From the human T2T-CHM13v2.0 reference genome, Homo sapiens: DNA of 64,000 nt. A program made the translations under genes and the position numbers. The stretch lies in NCBI RefSeq assembly GCF_009914755.1, contig NC_060931.1; one strand, 5' to 3'. A model generated the notes under the pieces. That model saw only the letters and a program-made list of their open reading frames with translations. It did no database searches and was not told the DNA's origin. Below are positions 33,268-47,034 of the stretch, piece after piece; the stretch's first letter is position 1; the number at the start of each line of letters is the position of its first letter.

Positions 33268-33469
33268 GAAATTTGAGCATTTAGAAGGTGTATTTCCCTT
33301 TTTAGAAGAAACTTTCTGCATTGTCTGTACTCTGACATTAGATGGAAGTGGAGAGTTGTAGACATAAAGTCTGAAGACCTAAGGTCAATAGTCTAAAGAC
33401 CTAAACGAAGATCCCTCCCATAAGTCAGAATATGAGATAAATTTACATTTGCAAGATCAGTTTGACACG

Positions 33470-34370
33470 AAGTTTATCAGTCTTTCCAAATAACCTGCTT
33501 TTGGTTTCATTGTTTTCATCTATTGTTTTTCTCTTTTCAATTTCATTGATTTCTTCTTTTATCTATAACTTTCCTTTTTTTTTTCTGGTTGCTTTGGTTT
33601 TATTCTGTTCTTTTCACCCCTAGTTTCTTAGATAGAAGCTCTTTTCATTAATGAGAGTGGGCCTCTCATGCTGGGATTAGTATCTTTACAAGAACAGGAA
33701 GACAGACCAGAGTTTTCTCTTTCTTCACCATTAAGAACACAGTGAGAAGGTGGCTGTCTGCAAGTTAGGGAGAGAGCCCTCAGCAGGATCTGAATCTGCC
33801 AGCACCTTGATCTTCGGCTTCCTGAACTGTGAGATATAAATGTGTTGTTTAAGCCACCAGTTGAGGTTTTTTTTGTTATAGCAACCTGGGCATACTAATA
33901 CACTTCATTCAAGAATTCCTTTGAAACTAATACACTTCCTTCAAGAATTCTTCCTGGAGTGTAATGTTTCATTTCCAAGCGTTTGAAGACTTTCCTATAT
34001 TTCTGTGACTAATTTCTAGTTTAATTCCATTGTAATAAGAAAACATACTTTGCATAATTTCAATTCTTTTAAATTTGTTAAAATTTGTTTTATGATTAAG
34101 ACATGGTGTGTTTTGGTGAATATTCCATGTGCTCTTGAAAAGAATGTGTATTCTGCTTTTTGCAGGAAAAGAATATTCTGTACTTTTCAATTAAGTTGTT
34201 TTTTGGTATTGTTTGTGTTTTCTTAATGCATCCCGATTTTCTCTTTACTTGCTTATTGATCACTGAGAAAGTAGTGTTGAAGTCTCTAGCTATAAGCTTG
34301 GATTTGTCATTTTCTCCTTTCAGTTCTATCAGTTTTTGCTTCATGTATTTGAATTGTTTTCTAGGAATTA
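33470..34370 (-). mobile_element. Old L1M ORF2 endonuclease-region fragment
   Basis: Minus-strand remnants (HKTNFNKFKRIEIMQSMFSYYNGIKLEI; DFNTTFSVI) resemble the L1 EN domain. Confidence 0.8.
33648..33902 (+). mobile_element. MLT1A/MST-like LTR 3' part inserted in the L1M
   Basis: acacagtgagaaggtggctgtctgcaag...ctgccagcaccttgatct...actaataca. Confidence 0.8.
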
Positions 34371-34559
34371 CAATATATATACTTTACTCTTTGAGATATT
34401 ATGTTGGTGTTTCTTTGAGTTGTTATTTCCCTGTCTAACTCACCTGATATTATTTACTTTTCAGAATCCTTAAGTAGTTGCTTTACATATTTTGACTAAG
34501 AATTTTGTCATTATCAGTGGGAGAGAGAGTGTGGAGTTTACTTAGAATAGAATTTTATA

Positions 34560-35540
34560 TAAGTAGAATCCTTCTATATGTAGTCCTTTGAGTCTTTCTG
34601 CCTTTTCTAAGCATAATGCTTTTGGAATTTATCCATATCATTGTATGTGTATGTTGTCAGTAGCTTTTTCCTTTTAATTGCAGACTAATATTCTATCATA
34701 TGGCTATATTGCATTTCATTTATTCATTTACAAGGTGATGGGTATTTGGCTTATTTTCATGTTTTGTTTTTGTTTTGCTATTAAGAATGAAGCTGCTATA
34801 TTTATTTGCATAGAAATCTTTGTGTGGATGTATGTTTTTATTTCACTTGGGTAATATTGTGTTTGGGGTTCTTGGGGATCCTAGTTAACCAGCTTCCCCA
34901 GGGAAAATTTTTCCCCTTTGGTCCAATTAATCTCAAAGAGGAGTCTTAGACTCTGTCTGATGTTCAATTTATTCTTGCAGCACTCTTGTAGGACAGATAG
35001 TGGGAGCAGGCTGGTGGTATAGGCCAGATACAGCCAGGGGGTTGGATGACTGTCTGATGGGAAAGTCTCCATCAGGAGACTCCTCTCAGGGTTTGGGGCA
35101 TTCGGCTCCCTTTCTTGTACCTGTGTCCAGTCTGAATCAGTTACCAGGTGTTTCTTTAAAGGGAGTTTAAGCTATTTTTGTAAGGGTAAGCTTTGTCTTA
35201 AGGTTTATGAGAGTTGCATCTGTGCTCAGGGGGTCTTATCTCCTAGAAATCCCCAGGCCAGGTTGCAGACTGCTAAGCAACATGTAGTGCAGGCCCTGTG
35301 AGAGGTTTGAGTGGGCCTTATAGCTATCACTAGTCTTACAGCCACCATATATCTCTTGTAGTACACCATAGGTAAATACCTAGGAGTGATATGACATGGT
35401 CTCATGATAAATCTATCTTTAAGTTTATAACTGCCAAATTATTTTAAAATTTTTATTCTCAGTAACAATCTATGATATATTTAGTTGTTCCGTATCTTCA
35501 CCAATATGTTGTATTATCAGTGTTTAAGTATTTTCAGTTG
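34560..35540 (-). mobile_element. L1M 3' fragment split by an LTR
   Basis: tttcacttgggtaa and atacctaggagt rejoin across the LTR. Confidence 0.7.
34856..35370 (-). mobile_element. ERVL-type solo LTR (family uncertain)
   Basis: ~515-bp insert with a 5-bp TSD GGTAA and minus-strand AATAAA (tttatt near 34968). Confidence 0.6.
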
Positions 35541-36560
35541 AGAATTTTTTTTTATTTTTATTCTTTTGGTTTTATTGATAAACATCTTTAAGGCTCTGTA
35601 TTTTCCCTGATTGCTGCTTTAAATATGTCCCACACATCCCATGTATTTTGAGATATAATGTTTCCATTATTATTATCTTTTAAAATTCTATAACTTTGGT
35701 TTATATTTATCCTTCCACTCAGTATTTTTTAATAGAAAGTTCTAAGATTTCTAAGTGGAAATATCTATTTATAAGTTTTTTTAAATTTTCTTTTCATTTT
35801 GTTTTGTGATCAGACGTTTTTGTAGTTTTTCTACTTTTGGAAGTTACTGATTTTTTGTGTGTTGACCTAATACATGACTATTTTTGTGAATGTGTCAGGT
35901 GTGCTTGAGAAAAAAGTATGTTCTCTGTTGTTAAGATGTAAAAATTGATATTTATCCATAAGAACTAGCTTATTGATTATGTTCTTTAGGTATTCAGTGT
36001 GCTTACTTTTTTCCATTTAAATTGTTTTGTAGTGAGAGTAGTGTTAAAAATTCATCATCATCTTATTATTATTTTATCTCCTTGGATCTCTTGTCATTTT
36101 TGCTTTATGTAGGTGGTTGCTGAGATTTTTGGTCCTTTATTCTTAATTGATATATGTTCATGTGAACTGTGGCTTTTCACAATAACAAATACTCTCATTT
36201 TTTCATGTTTAATTCTTTTTGGTTTTAATTTTATTTCATCTGATATAATTATCATTACCTTTGTTTTCTCATTAGTTGTAGTTGACTGGCATACATTTGC
36301 CCATTCCTTTATTTTTAGCCTTTCTGAATTATTCTGTTTTGATATATTTCTTGATTATAGCAATAGTTAGGTCTTACTTTGTGAGTTAAATTTAATGTCT
36401 TTTACTGGATGAGTTAAGCTCACACTTCTTGTAGACTACTTTATTACAGTCGTGTGTATTGTATTTTTTATGTTTCTTTATATGGTGTATTTTTTTAACC
36501 TTATAATTAAAAATTTTCTTTTAGTTTTAAAGAACATTTGTATTTCTTCTATATTGTTAA

Positions 36561-36876
<316 letters not shown>

Positions 36877-37303
36877 TGTTAACTTGGTTCTTAAACCTTT
36901 TTAAATGTTCTATTCCACCTACATTTTTTTTTTAGTGTTTATCTGATTTATCAGTTTTTAACAGTATATTTTAGCCTCCATCTATTGCTCAAAAAACAGC
37001 CAATGAACTTATTTTGTTTTCTTCTAGTTTCGTCTCCTTTCATTTTTAGTTACATCATTATATAGTTATTACATCATTTATATTTTATCAGTGCTTGTAA
37101 CATGTAGCATGCATCATATATATTATTATTCTTTTGCACTTGCCCTCACATTTGTTTTAGTTTTAGAACTACAACTTACACCTTAAGCATACTTTAACAT
37201 AGTAAAGAAATAACATTATTTAACGTGTTAAAAATTAAACTCAACACACTTTGACATATTATATGCTTAATTATCTCTTGGTTGAATGAAGTTTATCATC
37301 TAG

Positions 37304-37622
37304 TATAGAAGTCTGTAAACTACATGGATGTTATTAAAATTTTATTAATTTTTTGTTTACTTTTTTGGTTTGTTTTTGTTTTGGCAGGGGAGCAGTAAGA
37401 AGAGTATTTCCACGCCCTTTAATTTTTTATTTTAATTTTTAATTTTTTATTTTCAGCTTTCTGTGGGGCAAATCTGGCCATACCTATTTGTTTGCATAGA
37501 ATCTATGGCCACTTTCACACTTGGAATTAGAGTTGAATAACAGCAATAGAGGCCAAATAGACTGCAAAGTAGAAAACATGTAACCTCTGTCTCTTTATAG
37601 AAAATTATTTGCCAATCCCTTT
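37304..37622. mobile_element. MER58A carrying a foreign insert
   Basis: caaatctggcc...tctatggccactttcacac...tttatagaaaa...tttgccaatccct; tctag on both flanks. Confidence 0.7.
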
Positions 37623-38693
37623 TCTAGTTGATTCCCCAAGGTTACATAATTCTCTAATCAAATGTTTAAAAGAGTTTTTCTATGGCCTTTATACTTGATG
37701 GATAGTTTGGCTGGATATAAAAACCTGATTCACACTTCTTTCTTAGAAGATTTTTAAAAATGCTATTTTATTGTTGCTTTACTTTGTTGGTTGTTTGTGG
37801 GTATTCTGATGCTAATCTAATTCTCTTGTTCCTGTAATATATTTTATATTTTACCTGGAAGAACTGACTTTTGAAATTTTGTGAAGTCTAATATTTTACC
37901 AGCATATATCTTGATAAAGGGTCAATTTCCTATGTACATTGTGGGTCCTTGTAACATGTAAGTTATGTCCTGTAATTACATGTAAATTGTATCTGTCGTG
38001 CTTCCACTTTTTGCCTTTTTAATCTGCTCTTTTCCAACAATTTTCTAATTTTTAAAACTGGTATCATCTCATTTGAAATCCTGTTATTGTCTTTCTAATT
38101 TTTTTTTATATTCTCTTACTATATTTTCATTTAATTGTATTCCTCCTTGGATGTTATATGATTTAGTCTTTGTTTCTGGTAAAATTTTGTATTTTTATTG
38201 TACTTTTTCCTTCCGTTTATCAATTATCATTTTACTTCTTTCTTTTCTGCCCATTTCTGTTTTTAGTTTTTAAATTTCTGGCTTTTTCACATCCCAATAC
38301 TGATTGACAATATTTAGTTTAGCTTGTAGTGTTGTGTTTCAGTTTTATTCTGCTTCATTATATGCTTTGGGCAAAGAGATACTTTGTTATCTGAATTGCT
38401 TGCATTCGCATTTTCCACTTTATGTTAATAGTAATTTTATATAGGTGAAATGATTTGTGCTTTTATGTTTCTGTGCACTGAGTTGGAGATTTGCATTGTT
38501 GTGTCTGTATTTCAAGAGCGTCCTCCTTGTCAATGTAGTGAGGTATGGATTTTCTACATTGGATGTTTTTAAAATTTTATTAATTTTTTTGTTTGCTTTT
38601 TTGTTTGTTTTTGTTTCGGCAGGGGAGCAGTAAGAAAAGTGTTTGCATGCCCTTTAATTTTTTATTTTAACTTATTTTACTTTATACTTACAG
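37320..38693 (+). repeat. Dispersed direct repeat (37320-37456 and 38554-38693)
   Basis: Shared non-simple core ggcaggggagcagtaagaaRagtRtttScaYgccctttaattttttattttaa plus flanks. Confidence 0.93.
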
Positions 38694-39164
38694 ATTTTAA
38701 CTTTCCCTTTTTTGCTTGTTCTACTTTACTGCAGGCTTTTCAAAGGGGACCACTTTCTTCCTTTTTGCCTTATTCTTTCCTAGGAATGTTACTTTTCTAA
38801 GATTGCCTCCTCACATCCTGAGCAGATGTTTAGGTCCTTTCATGAAATCAGTGCCTGGCTTTACCAGGACACATTTTTGGTGTTTTCACTCTTATTGCTG
38901 ACTTTTTCTTTTTGGCGGTGGTTTCACTTCCTGTCTTCTGCACAATTTTTTCCAAACTGCCCTTGCTCTCTGCAAAAGTTTATATCATTATTTTAGAGAT
39001 AGCTTGCTGGGATTTGTTGTGTCTATTTCTACTTATATATATTTTGAAGTTTTGATGTTATTTTCTTGTTAAGCCAAGGATATGGGTTTTATATAGTTTC
39101 ATTTGTTCTTTTTTTCTTGAGACTATGTTAGGAGTTTTAGATTTACCCCACTGCAATAGATGAA

Positions 39165-39308
39165 GTTTTTAAAAACGCAATTCCAGGTCCTAGAGGTTCT
39201 GGATCAAATCATAAAGTCTGAGGTTGGAGCAGAACAATAATTTACAATTTTTTAAAAAAGTTCCAGAGCTGTTTCTGAGAATAACCCAGGTTCTAACATC
39301 ACTAGTCT
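39165..39308. mobile_element. MER5-like hAT fragment
   Basis: tttttaaaaaagttccag...cccaggttctaacatcactagtcta. Confidence 0.45.
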
Positions 39309-39377
39309 ATGTGTCATGTCTTTATGCCCAGTTAAACTATCAACTTTGTAGAGTTAAGAAAAAAGCCAGGATTTTAA

Positions 39378-39702
39378 TTTTTTGTGTTTTTTTGTTTGTT
39401 TGTTTTGTTTTGTTTTGTTTTTGAGGCAGAGTCTCACTCTGTCACCCAGGCTGGAGTGGAGTGGTGTGGTCTCGGCTCACTGCAACCTCCACCTCCTGGG
39501 TTCAAGTGATTCTCTTGCTTTAGCCTCCTGAGTAGCTGGGACTACAGGCATGCACCACCACACCTGGCTAATTCTTTGTATTTTTAGTAGAGACGGTGTT
39601 TCGCCGTGTTAGCCATGATGGTCTCAATCTCCTGACCTCGGGATCCGCCCGCCTTGGCCTCCAAAGTGCTGGGATTACAGGCGTGAGCTGCCACGCTTGG
39701 CC
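39378..39702 (-). mobile_element. AluSc/Y-like, full length
   Basis: (GTTTT)n tail; gtgttagccatgatggtctcaatctcctgacctcg. Confidence 0.95.
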
Positions 39703-42700
39703 TACAGCTGCCTTATTTAAATATAAAGTTCCCCATCAGGGAAGAATATGGGATGATACTACAACAGGTCTGGAACTGAGGCAATGGTGGGCATTTGGGG
39801 GTAATGTGGCTACAAGTGTCCCATGAAATTATATTGCCGGTATGTGTGGCAACCTTTGCTTATAAAGAAGAATAGCCTTCAACCTTCTGTTGAATACAGA
39901 TTGTTGAGATCATGTTCTTTCTGGGATCATGAGAAAACCCTTATTGAAAACCCTGCCACTGACCTTCCACGGGCAGCACCTATGCTACACATGCTGTTGC
40001 TTATGTGTCAAGTGCACTGAGATAATCGATGAGATAAATTACATGTACATAAGAGCCCATTCTGTTGATTACATTTCTTAATGTAATTTTTGGAAGGCTT
40101 AGATGTAATTTATTTTCACAGTAGCCTACTTCTGGTATGTAGCTATGTATATTTTCTTAAATACCTGTTTGTCTGGTTGCCTCTTGTTTTTATCACATTA
40201 AATTTTGTCCATACAATGATATGTTGTCCCACACAGCAATATATTGTTAAGTAGACTTCAGTTGAAGTGGGGTTTGTTCTATTTACTTAGCAGTATTGCC
40301 AAATATATGAGAGGACTACAGGTCTTTCAATGATGCATGAAGTCAACCATCTGCTCCAGTTTCTTCAGGTTTCCAAGCTATAATTTGAAGCTGAAAGAGA
40401 TCGTCTGGATATAACCAAGCTCTCCTGCTGTCAGAACCCTGGAGAGGAAGGCAAGAGGGTTGGGCACTATTTTAATGCCATGACTCAGGATTTCAATCTG
40501 TTCTAGAATGTTCACGTTTCCTCTCTGGTTCAGAGCATGCCAGTCCTTTAGATCCAGAGGAATTCTGGGTTAGGGTCACAGAACTAATTTCCTTTCCCCT
40601 GCTTGTTGGAATCATTTCTACCCAGGGTCTTTGAACTTGTGTAGTCTCTACATAATCACCCAAGTGCAGTTGATACTCCAGAAGTGGATGATAAGTAGCC
40701 TTCATTGCCCTGGTCACTAAGATTATATTCCAGAGAAAGAAAGTGATAGGCAAAATCAAAAGTAATTGTCATCTTGTTATTCCTCTGGTAGTTCAAACAA
40801 GGCAGAGATTAAATAAATTTGAAGGTACTCAAGTAGGAGAAATAGGCTTCAATGGGATACTTAGAGATGACAGAGGTCAGTCAAGAGAAACAAGCAGACA
40901 TTACTCTACTTAGTTCTAGCTCAGATTTTCTCTTCGCTTCCAAATAGGAAATTTAAAGATAACCAGCAAAATTGAGGTTAAACGTTGCTCAGGAGATTGT
41001 GGCTAGTGGAGTGCGAAGACTCCTGGCTATTTTATAAACATGATGCAGTCGGGAGTAGTAATGATGTTTTGGTCACCAGGAAAAATCTAAGCTCCGCTAA
41101 GAGACTTTTAGCCTGTCTCTTATTTAACAGATAGTGCATTCTTTGAAGTCATGAACCATATCTTCCTATCATGTCAATTTAACTTATTTATTGTTACAAT
41201 TTGTTATGGTTATTTAAAGTTTTTATTAATGTATTTGATACGTTTTAAAAATTGGTGCAAAGGCTATAAAATGAAAAGTAAAAGTCCCTCTCCCAATTCT
41301 TACCCTGTAGCATTATTCCTTTTCTCACTTCTGTTTTTTTTTTTTTGTTGTTGTTTTTTGTTTTTTTTGTCTTTCAGTCTGGCCTGGTTATCATATTTTT
41401 TACTGATACATAATATGAGATCATTTTTATGTGTTGAAAATATCTCACGTTCTCTCTTCTAGATATTTTGAAATATTCAATACATTGTTGTTAACTATAG
41501 TCACCCTCCTCTGCTGAAGAACATTAGAACTTATTCTGTCTAACTGTATGTTTGTAACCATTAGCTAACCTCTCTTCCTTCTCCCCTTCCCACCCACACC
41601 CATTCCCGGCCTCTAGTATCTATAATTCTACTCTCTACCTCCACAAGATCAACATTTTTAACTCCCACATGTGAGTGCAAACATGCAGTATTTGTCTTTT
41701 TGTGCCAGGCTTACTTCACTTAACATAATGACTCTCAGTTACATCAATGTTGCTGCAAATGACAGGTTTTCTTTTTTAAGGCTGAATAATATTTTGTTGT
41801 GTAGATAGAACACATTTTAAAAATTCATTCATCTATTGATGGACACTTCCATATCTTTGGTATTGTGATTAGTGCTGCAATAAACATGGTAGTGCAGGTA
41901 TCCTTTTGATATACTGATTTCCTTTCCTTTGGATAAATATCTGGTGGTGAAATTGCTGTATCACATGGTAGGTCTAATTTTAGTTTTTTGAGAAATCTTT
42001 CACTGTTTCCCATTGTGGTTGTACTAATTTACATTCGAACCAACACTGTATGAGGGCTCTCTTTTTTCTGCATCCTCACCAGCATCTGTTATTGTATTTT
42101 TCTTTCTAATAATAGCTATTTTAACTGGGGTAAGGTAATGTCTCATTGTGGTTTTAATTTGCATCTCCTTGATGATTAGTGATGTTCAATCTTTTTTCAT
42201 ATACCTCTTAACCATTTGTATGTCTTGTTTTGAGAAATTTCTATTTATGTCTTTTGCCTACTTTTTTAAATGGGATTGTTTTCTCACTGTTGAGTTCCTT
42301 ATTTATTATGGCTATTAGTCCTTGTCAGATGAATAGTTTGTAAATATTTTCTTCCATTCAACAGGTTGCCTCTTCACCTTATTGATTTTTCATTTCCTGT
42401 GCAGAAGCTTATTAGTTGGATATAGTCCCATTTGTCTATTTTTGGTTTTGTTGCCTGTGCTTTTCAGGTGTTAGCCATAAAGTCTTTGCCTAGACCAATG
42501 TCTTGAAGTGTTTCCCCTATGTTTTCTTTTAGTGGTTTTATAGTGTCAAGTCTTATATTTAAGTCTTTAATTCATCTTGAGTTGATTTTTGAATACAATG
42601 AGTGATAGCAGTCTAGTCTCAATCTGCTATGTATTGATATCAGTTTTCCTAGCACCGTTTATTGAAGGAGATGTCCTTTCCCCAATGCATGTTCTTGGTG

Positions 42701-43602
42701 GCTTTGTCAAAAATCAGTTGTTCATAAATAAATAGATTTATTTCTGACGTCTCTCTTCTGTTCCATTTGTCTATGTGTCTGTTTTTATATCAATACCATG
42801 CTGTTTTGGTTGCTATATCCTTATAATATATTTTGAAGTCAGGTATTCTGATATCTCCAGCTTTGTTCTTTTTCCTCAGGATTGCTTTAACTGTCCAGGC
42901 TTGTTTGGCTCCATACAAATTTTAGGATTGTTTTTCCTATTTCTGTGAAAAATGTCATTGCATTTTCATAGGGATTGCATTGAATCTGTGAATTGCATTG
43001 GGTAATTGTGTCATTTTAACAATATTATTTCTTCTGATCCATGAACAGGGATGTCTTTCCATTTGTTTTTGTCATCTTCAATTTCTTTCATCAGTGTTTT
43101 GTAGTTTTCCTTGTAGAGGTCTTTCACCTCTGTGGTTAAATTTACTCCCAGATATTTTCTTATTTTTGTAGTTAGTGTAAATGACATCAATTTCTTGATA
43201 TCTCTCTCAGCTATTTCATTATTGATGAATTGTAAATGCATTCGATTTTCATATGTTGATTTTGTAACCTGCAATTTTACTGAATTTGTTTATCAGTTCT
43301 AAGAGTTTTTTGGTGGAATCTTTTGGCTTTTCTAAATATAAGATTTTATCATTTGCATAGGACAATTTGACTTCCTCTTTCCCAGTCTGGATGTGTTTTA
43401 TTTCCTTCTCTTGACTCATTTCTCTGGCTTTGACTTCTAGTACGATTGAATAGGAGTGGTAAAAGTGGGCATCCTAGTTGTATATAGTTCTTAGAGGAAA
43501 TGCTTTTAGCTTTTCCTTGTCAGTATGACATTAGGTGTGGATTTGTCATATATGATTTTATTAGGTTGAGGTATGTTCCTTCGATTCCTAGTATGTTGAG
43601 AA

Positions 43603-43772
43603 TTTTTCTTTTTCTTTTTCTTTTCCTTTTTTTTTTTTTTTTTTTTTTGAGACGGAGTCTCGCTCTGTTGCCCAGGCTGGAGTGCAGTGGCACAATCTCG
43701 GCTCACTGCAAGCTCTGCCTCCTAGGTTCACTCCATTCTCCTGCCTCAGCCTCCCAAGTAGCTGAGACTACA
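43603..43772 (-). mobile_element. AluY-like right-arm fragment inside the L1MA
   Basis: poly(T), gagacggagtctcgctctg...gcaagctct..., ends at gagactaca. Confidence 0.92.
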
Positions 43773-44377
43773 TCTTGAAAAGACACTGAATTTTATTAAA
43801 TGCCTTTTCTGTGTCTTTTGAGATGACCATATGGTTTTTGTCCTTCATTCTTTTGGTGTGGTGTATCACATGTATTGTGTTAAAACATCCTTGCATCCCT
43901 GAGATAAATCCTACTTGATCATGTCGTATTATCTTTTTGATGTTCTTTTGGATTCAATTTGCTGGTATTTTGTTGAGAATTTTTAATCTATGCTTATCAG
44001 GAATATTGGCTGTAGTTTTGTTGTTGTTGTTGTTGTGTCCTAGCCTGGTTTTGGTATCAGTGTAAACCTGGCCTCATAGAATAAGTTAGGGAGAATTCCC
44101 TCTTTTTGTTTTTTTAAACATGACTTGGAGAGAATTGCTGTAAATTTTTCTTTACATGTTTGGTAGAATTTGGCAATAAAACCAACAGATCCTGGGCTTT
44201 TCATGGTTGGGAGACTACTTATTATGGATTCAATCTTGTTACTTGTTTTGGGTCTGTTTGGATTTTCTATTTCTTCCTAATTCAATCTTGATAGGTTGTA
44301 TGTGTCTAGAAATATATCAATTTTTTATAAGTTTTCTATGCTGTTAACATACAGGTGTTTACAGTAGTTCCTCATAA

Positions 44378-44737
<360 letters not shown>

Positions 44738-44820
44738 TGAATTTTGTTTATTTTTATATTCTCCCTGTTTTTCTTGATTAGATTAGTGTTTTATCAGTTT
44801 TGTTTATCTTTTTAAAAAAA

Positions 44821-47034
44821 TTTTACTTTAAGTTCTGGGATACATGTGCAGAATGTGCAGGTTTGTTACATAGGTATACATGTGCCATGGTGTTTTGCTG
44901 CACCTATCAACCCTTCATCTAGGTTTTAGGCCCTGCATGCATTAAGTATTTGTCCTAATGCTCTCCCTCCTCTTGCCCATGACCCCCCTACAGGCCCCTG
45001 TGTGTGATGTTCCCCTCCCTGTGTCCATGTGTTCTCATTGTTCAACTCCCACTTATGAGTGAGAACATGCAGTGTTTGGTTTTCTGTTACTGTGTTAGTT
45101 TGCTGAGAATGATGGTTTCCAGCTTAATCCATGTCCCTGAAAAGGACATTAACTCATTCTTCTTTATGGCTGCATAGTATTCCATGGTGTATATGCGCCA
45201 CCTTTTCTTTATCCAGTCTATCACTGATGGGCATTTGGGTTGGTTCCAAGTCTTTGCTATTGTAAATAGTGCTGCAATAAACATATGTGTGCATGTGTCT
45301 TTATAGTAGAATGATTTATAGTCCTTTGGGTATATACCCAATAATGGGATTGCTGGGTCAAATGGTATTTCTGGTTCTAGATCCTTGAGGAATCGCCATA
45401 CTGCCTTCCACAAAGGTTGAACTAATTTGCAGTCCCACCAACAGTGTAAAAGTGTTCCTATTTCTCCACATCCTTGCCAGCATCTGTTGTTTCCTGAATT
45501 TTTAATGATCACCATTCTAACTGGCATGAGATGGTATCTCATTGTGGTTTTGATTTGTATTTTTCTAATGACCAGTGATGATGAACTTTTTTCCATGTTT
45601 GTTGGCCACATAAATGTCTTCTTTTGAGAAGTGTCTGTTCATATCCTTCGCCCACTTTTTGATGGGATTGTTTTTTTTTCTTGTAAATTTGTTCAAGTTC
45701 CTGGTAGATTCTGTATATTAGCCCTTTGTCAGATGGATAGATTGCAAAATTTTTCTCCCATTCTGTAGGTTGCCTGTTCACTCTGATGATAGTTTCTTTT
45801 GCTGTACAGAACTCTTTAGATTAATTAGATCCCATTTGTCAATTTTAGTTTTTGTTTCAATTGCTTTTGGTGTTTTAGTAATGAAGACTTTGCCCACGCC
45901 TATGTCCTGCATGGTATTGCCTAGGTTTTCTTCTAGGGTTTTTATGGTTTTGGATTTTACATTTAAGTCTTCAATCCATCTTGAGTTCTTTTTGTGTAAA
46001 GTGTAAGGAAGGGGTCCAGTTTCTGTTTTCTGCATATGGCTAGCTGGTTTTCCCAGCACTGTTTATAAAATAGGGAACCCTTTCCCTGTTGCTTGTTTTT
46101 GTCAGGTTTGTTGAAGATCAGATGGTTGTAGATGTGTGGTTTTATTTCTGAGTTCTCTATTCTGTTCCATTCGTTCATATATCTGTTTTGGTACAAGTAC
46201 CATGCTGTTTTGTTTACTGTAGCCTTGTAGTATAGTTCGAAGTCAGGTAGCGTTATGCCTCCATCTTTGTTCTTTTTGCTTAGGATTGTCTTGGCTATAT
46301 GGGCTCTTTTTTGATTCCACATGAAATTTAAAGTACTTTTTTTCTAATTCTATGAAGAAAGTCAGTGATAGCTTGATGGGAATAGCATTGAATCTATAAA
46401 TTACTTTGTGCAATATGGGCATTTTCACGATATTGATTCTTCCTATCCATGAGGATGGAATGTTTTTCCATTTTTTTGTGTCCTCTCTTATTTCCTTGAG
46501 CAGTGGTTTGTAGTTCTCCTTCAAGAGTTCCTTCACTTCCCTTGTAAGTTGTATTTCTAGGTATTTTATTCTCTTTGTAGCAATTAGGAATGGGAGTTCA
46601 CTCATGATTTGGCTCTCTGCTTGTCTATTGTTGGTGTATAGGAATGCTAGTGATTTCTGCACATTGATTTTGTATTCTGAGATTTTGCTGAAGTTGCTTA
46701 TCAGCTTAAGGAGTTTTGGGACTGAGATGATGGGGTTTTCTAAATATACAATCATGTCATCTGCAAACAGAGACAATTTGACTTCCTCTCTCTTCCTATG
46801 TGAATACCCTTTATTTCTTTCTCTTGCCTGATTGCCCTGGCTAGAACTTCCACTACTATATTGAATAGGAGTGGTGAGAGAAGGCATCCTTGTCTTGTGC
46901 CAATTTTCAAAGGGAATGCTTCCAGCTTTTGCTTATTCAGTGTGATATTGGCTATTGATTTGTCATTATAGCTCTTATTATTTTGAGATATGTTCCATCA
47001 GCATGTAGTTTATTGAGATTTTTTAGCATGAGTT
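44821..47034 (-). mobile_element. L1PA7/8-like, 5'-truncated (~2.2 kb), nested in the L1MA
   Basis: L1PA 3'UTR at 44821-45090; ORF2 pieces; TSD tttRtctttttaaaaaa at both ends. Confidence 0.92.
45087..46887 (-). pseudogene. Frameshifted L1 ORF2p remnant (RT C-half to C-terminus)
   Basis: [17 protein letters not shown] motif, [14 protein letters not shown] and [13 protein letters not shown] split over four ORFs. Confidence 0.92.

Noticed and set aside
45087-46887. Reverse transcriptase ORF as a novel or active RT system
   Set aside because: Ordinary 5'-truncated, frameshifted L1PA ORF2
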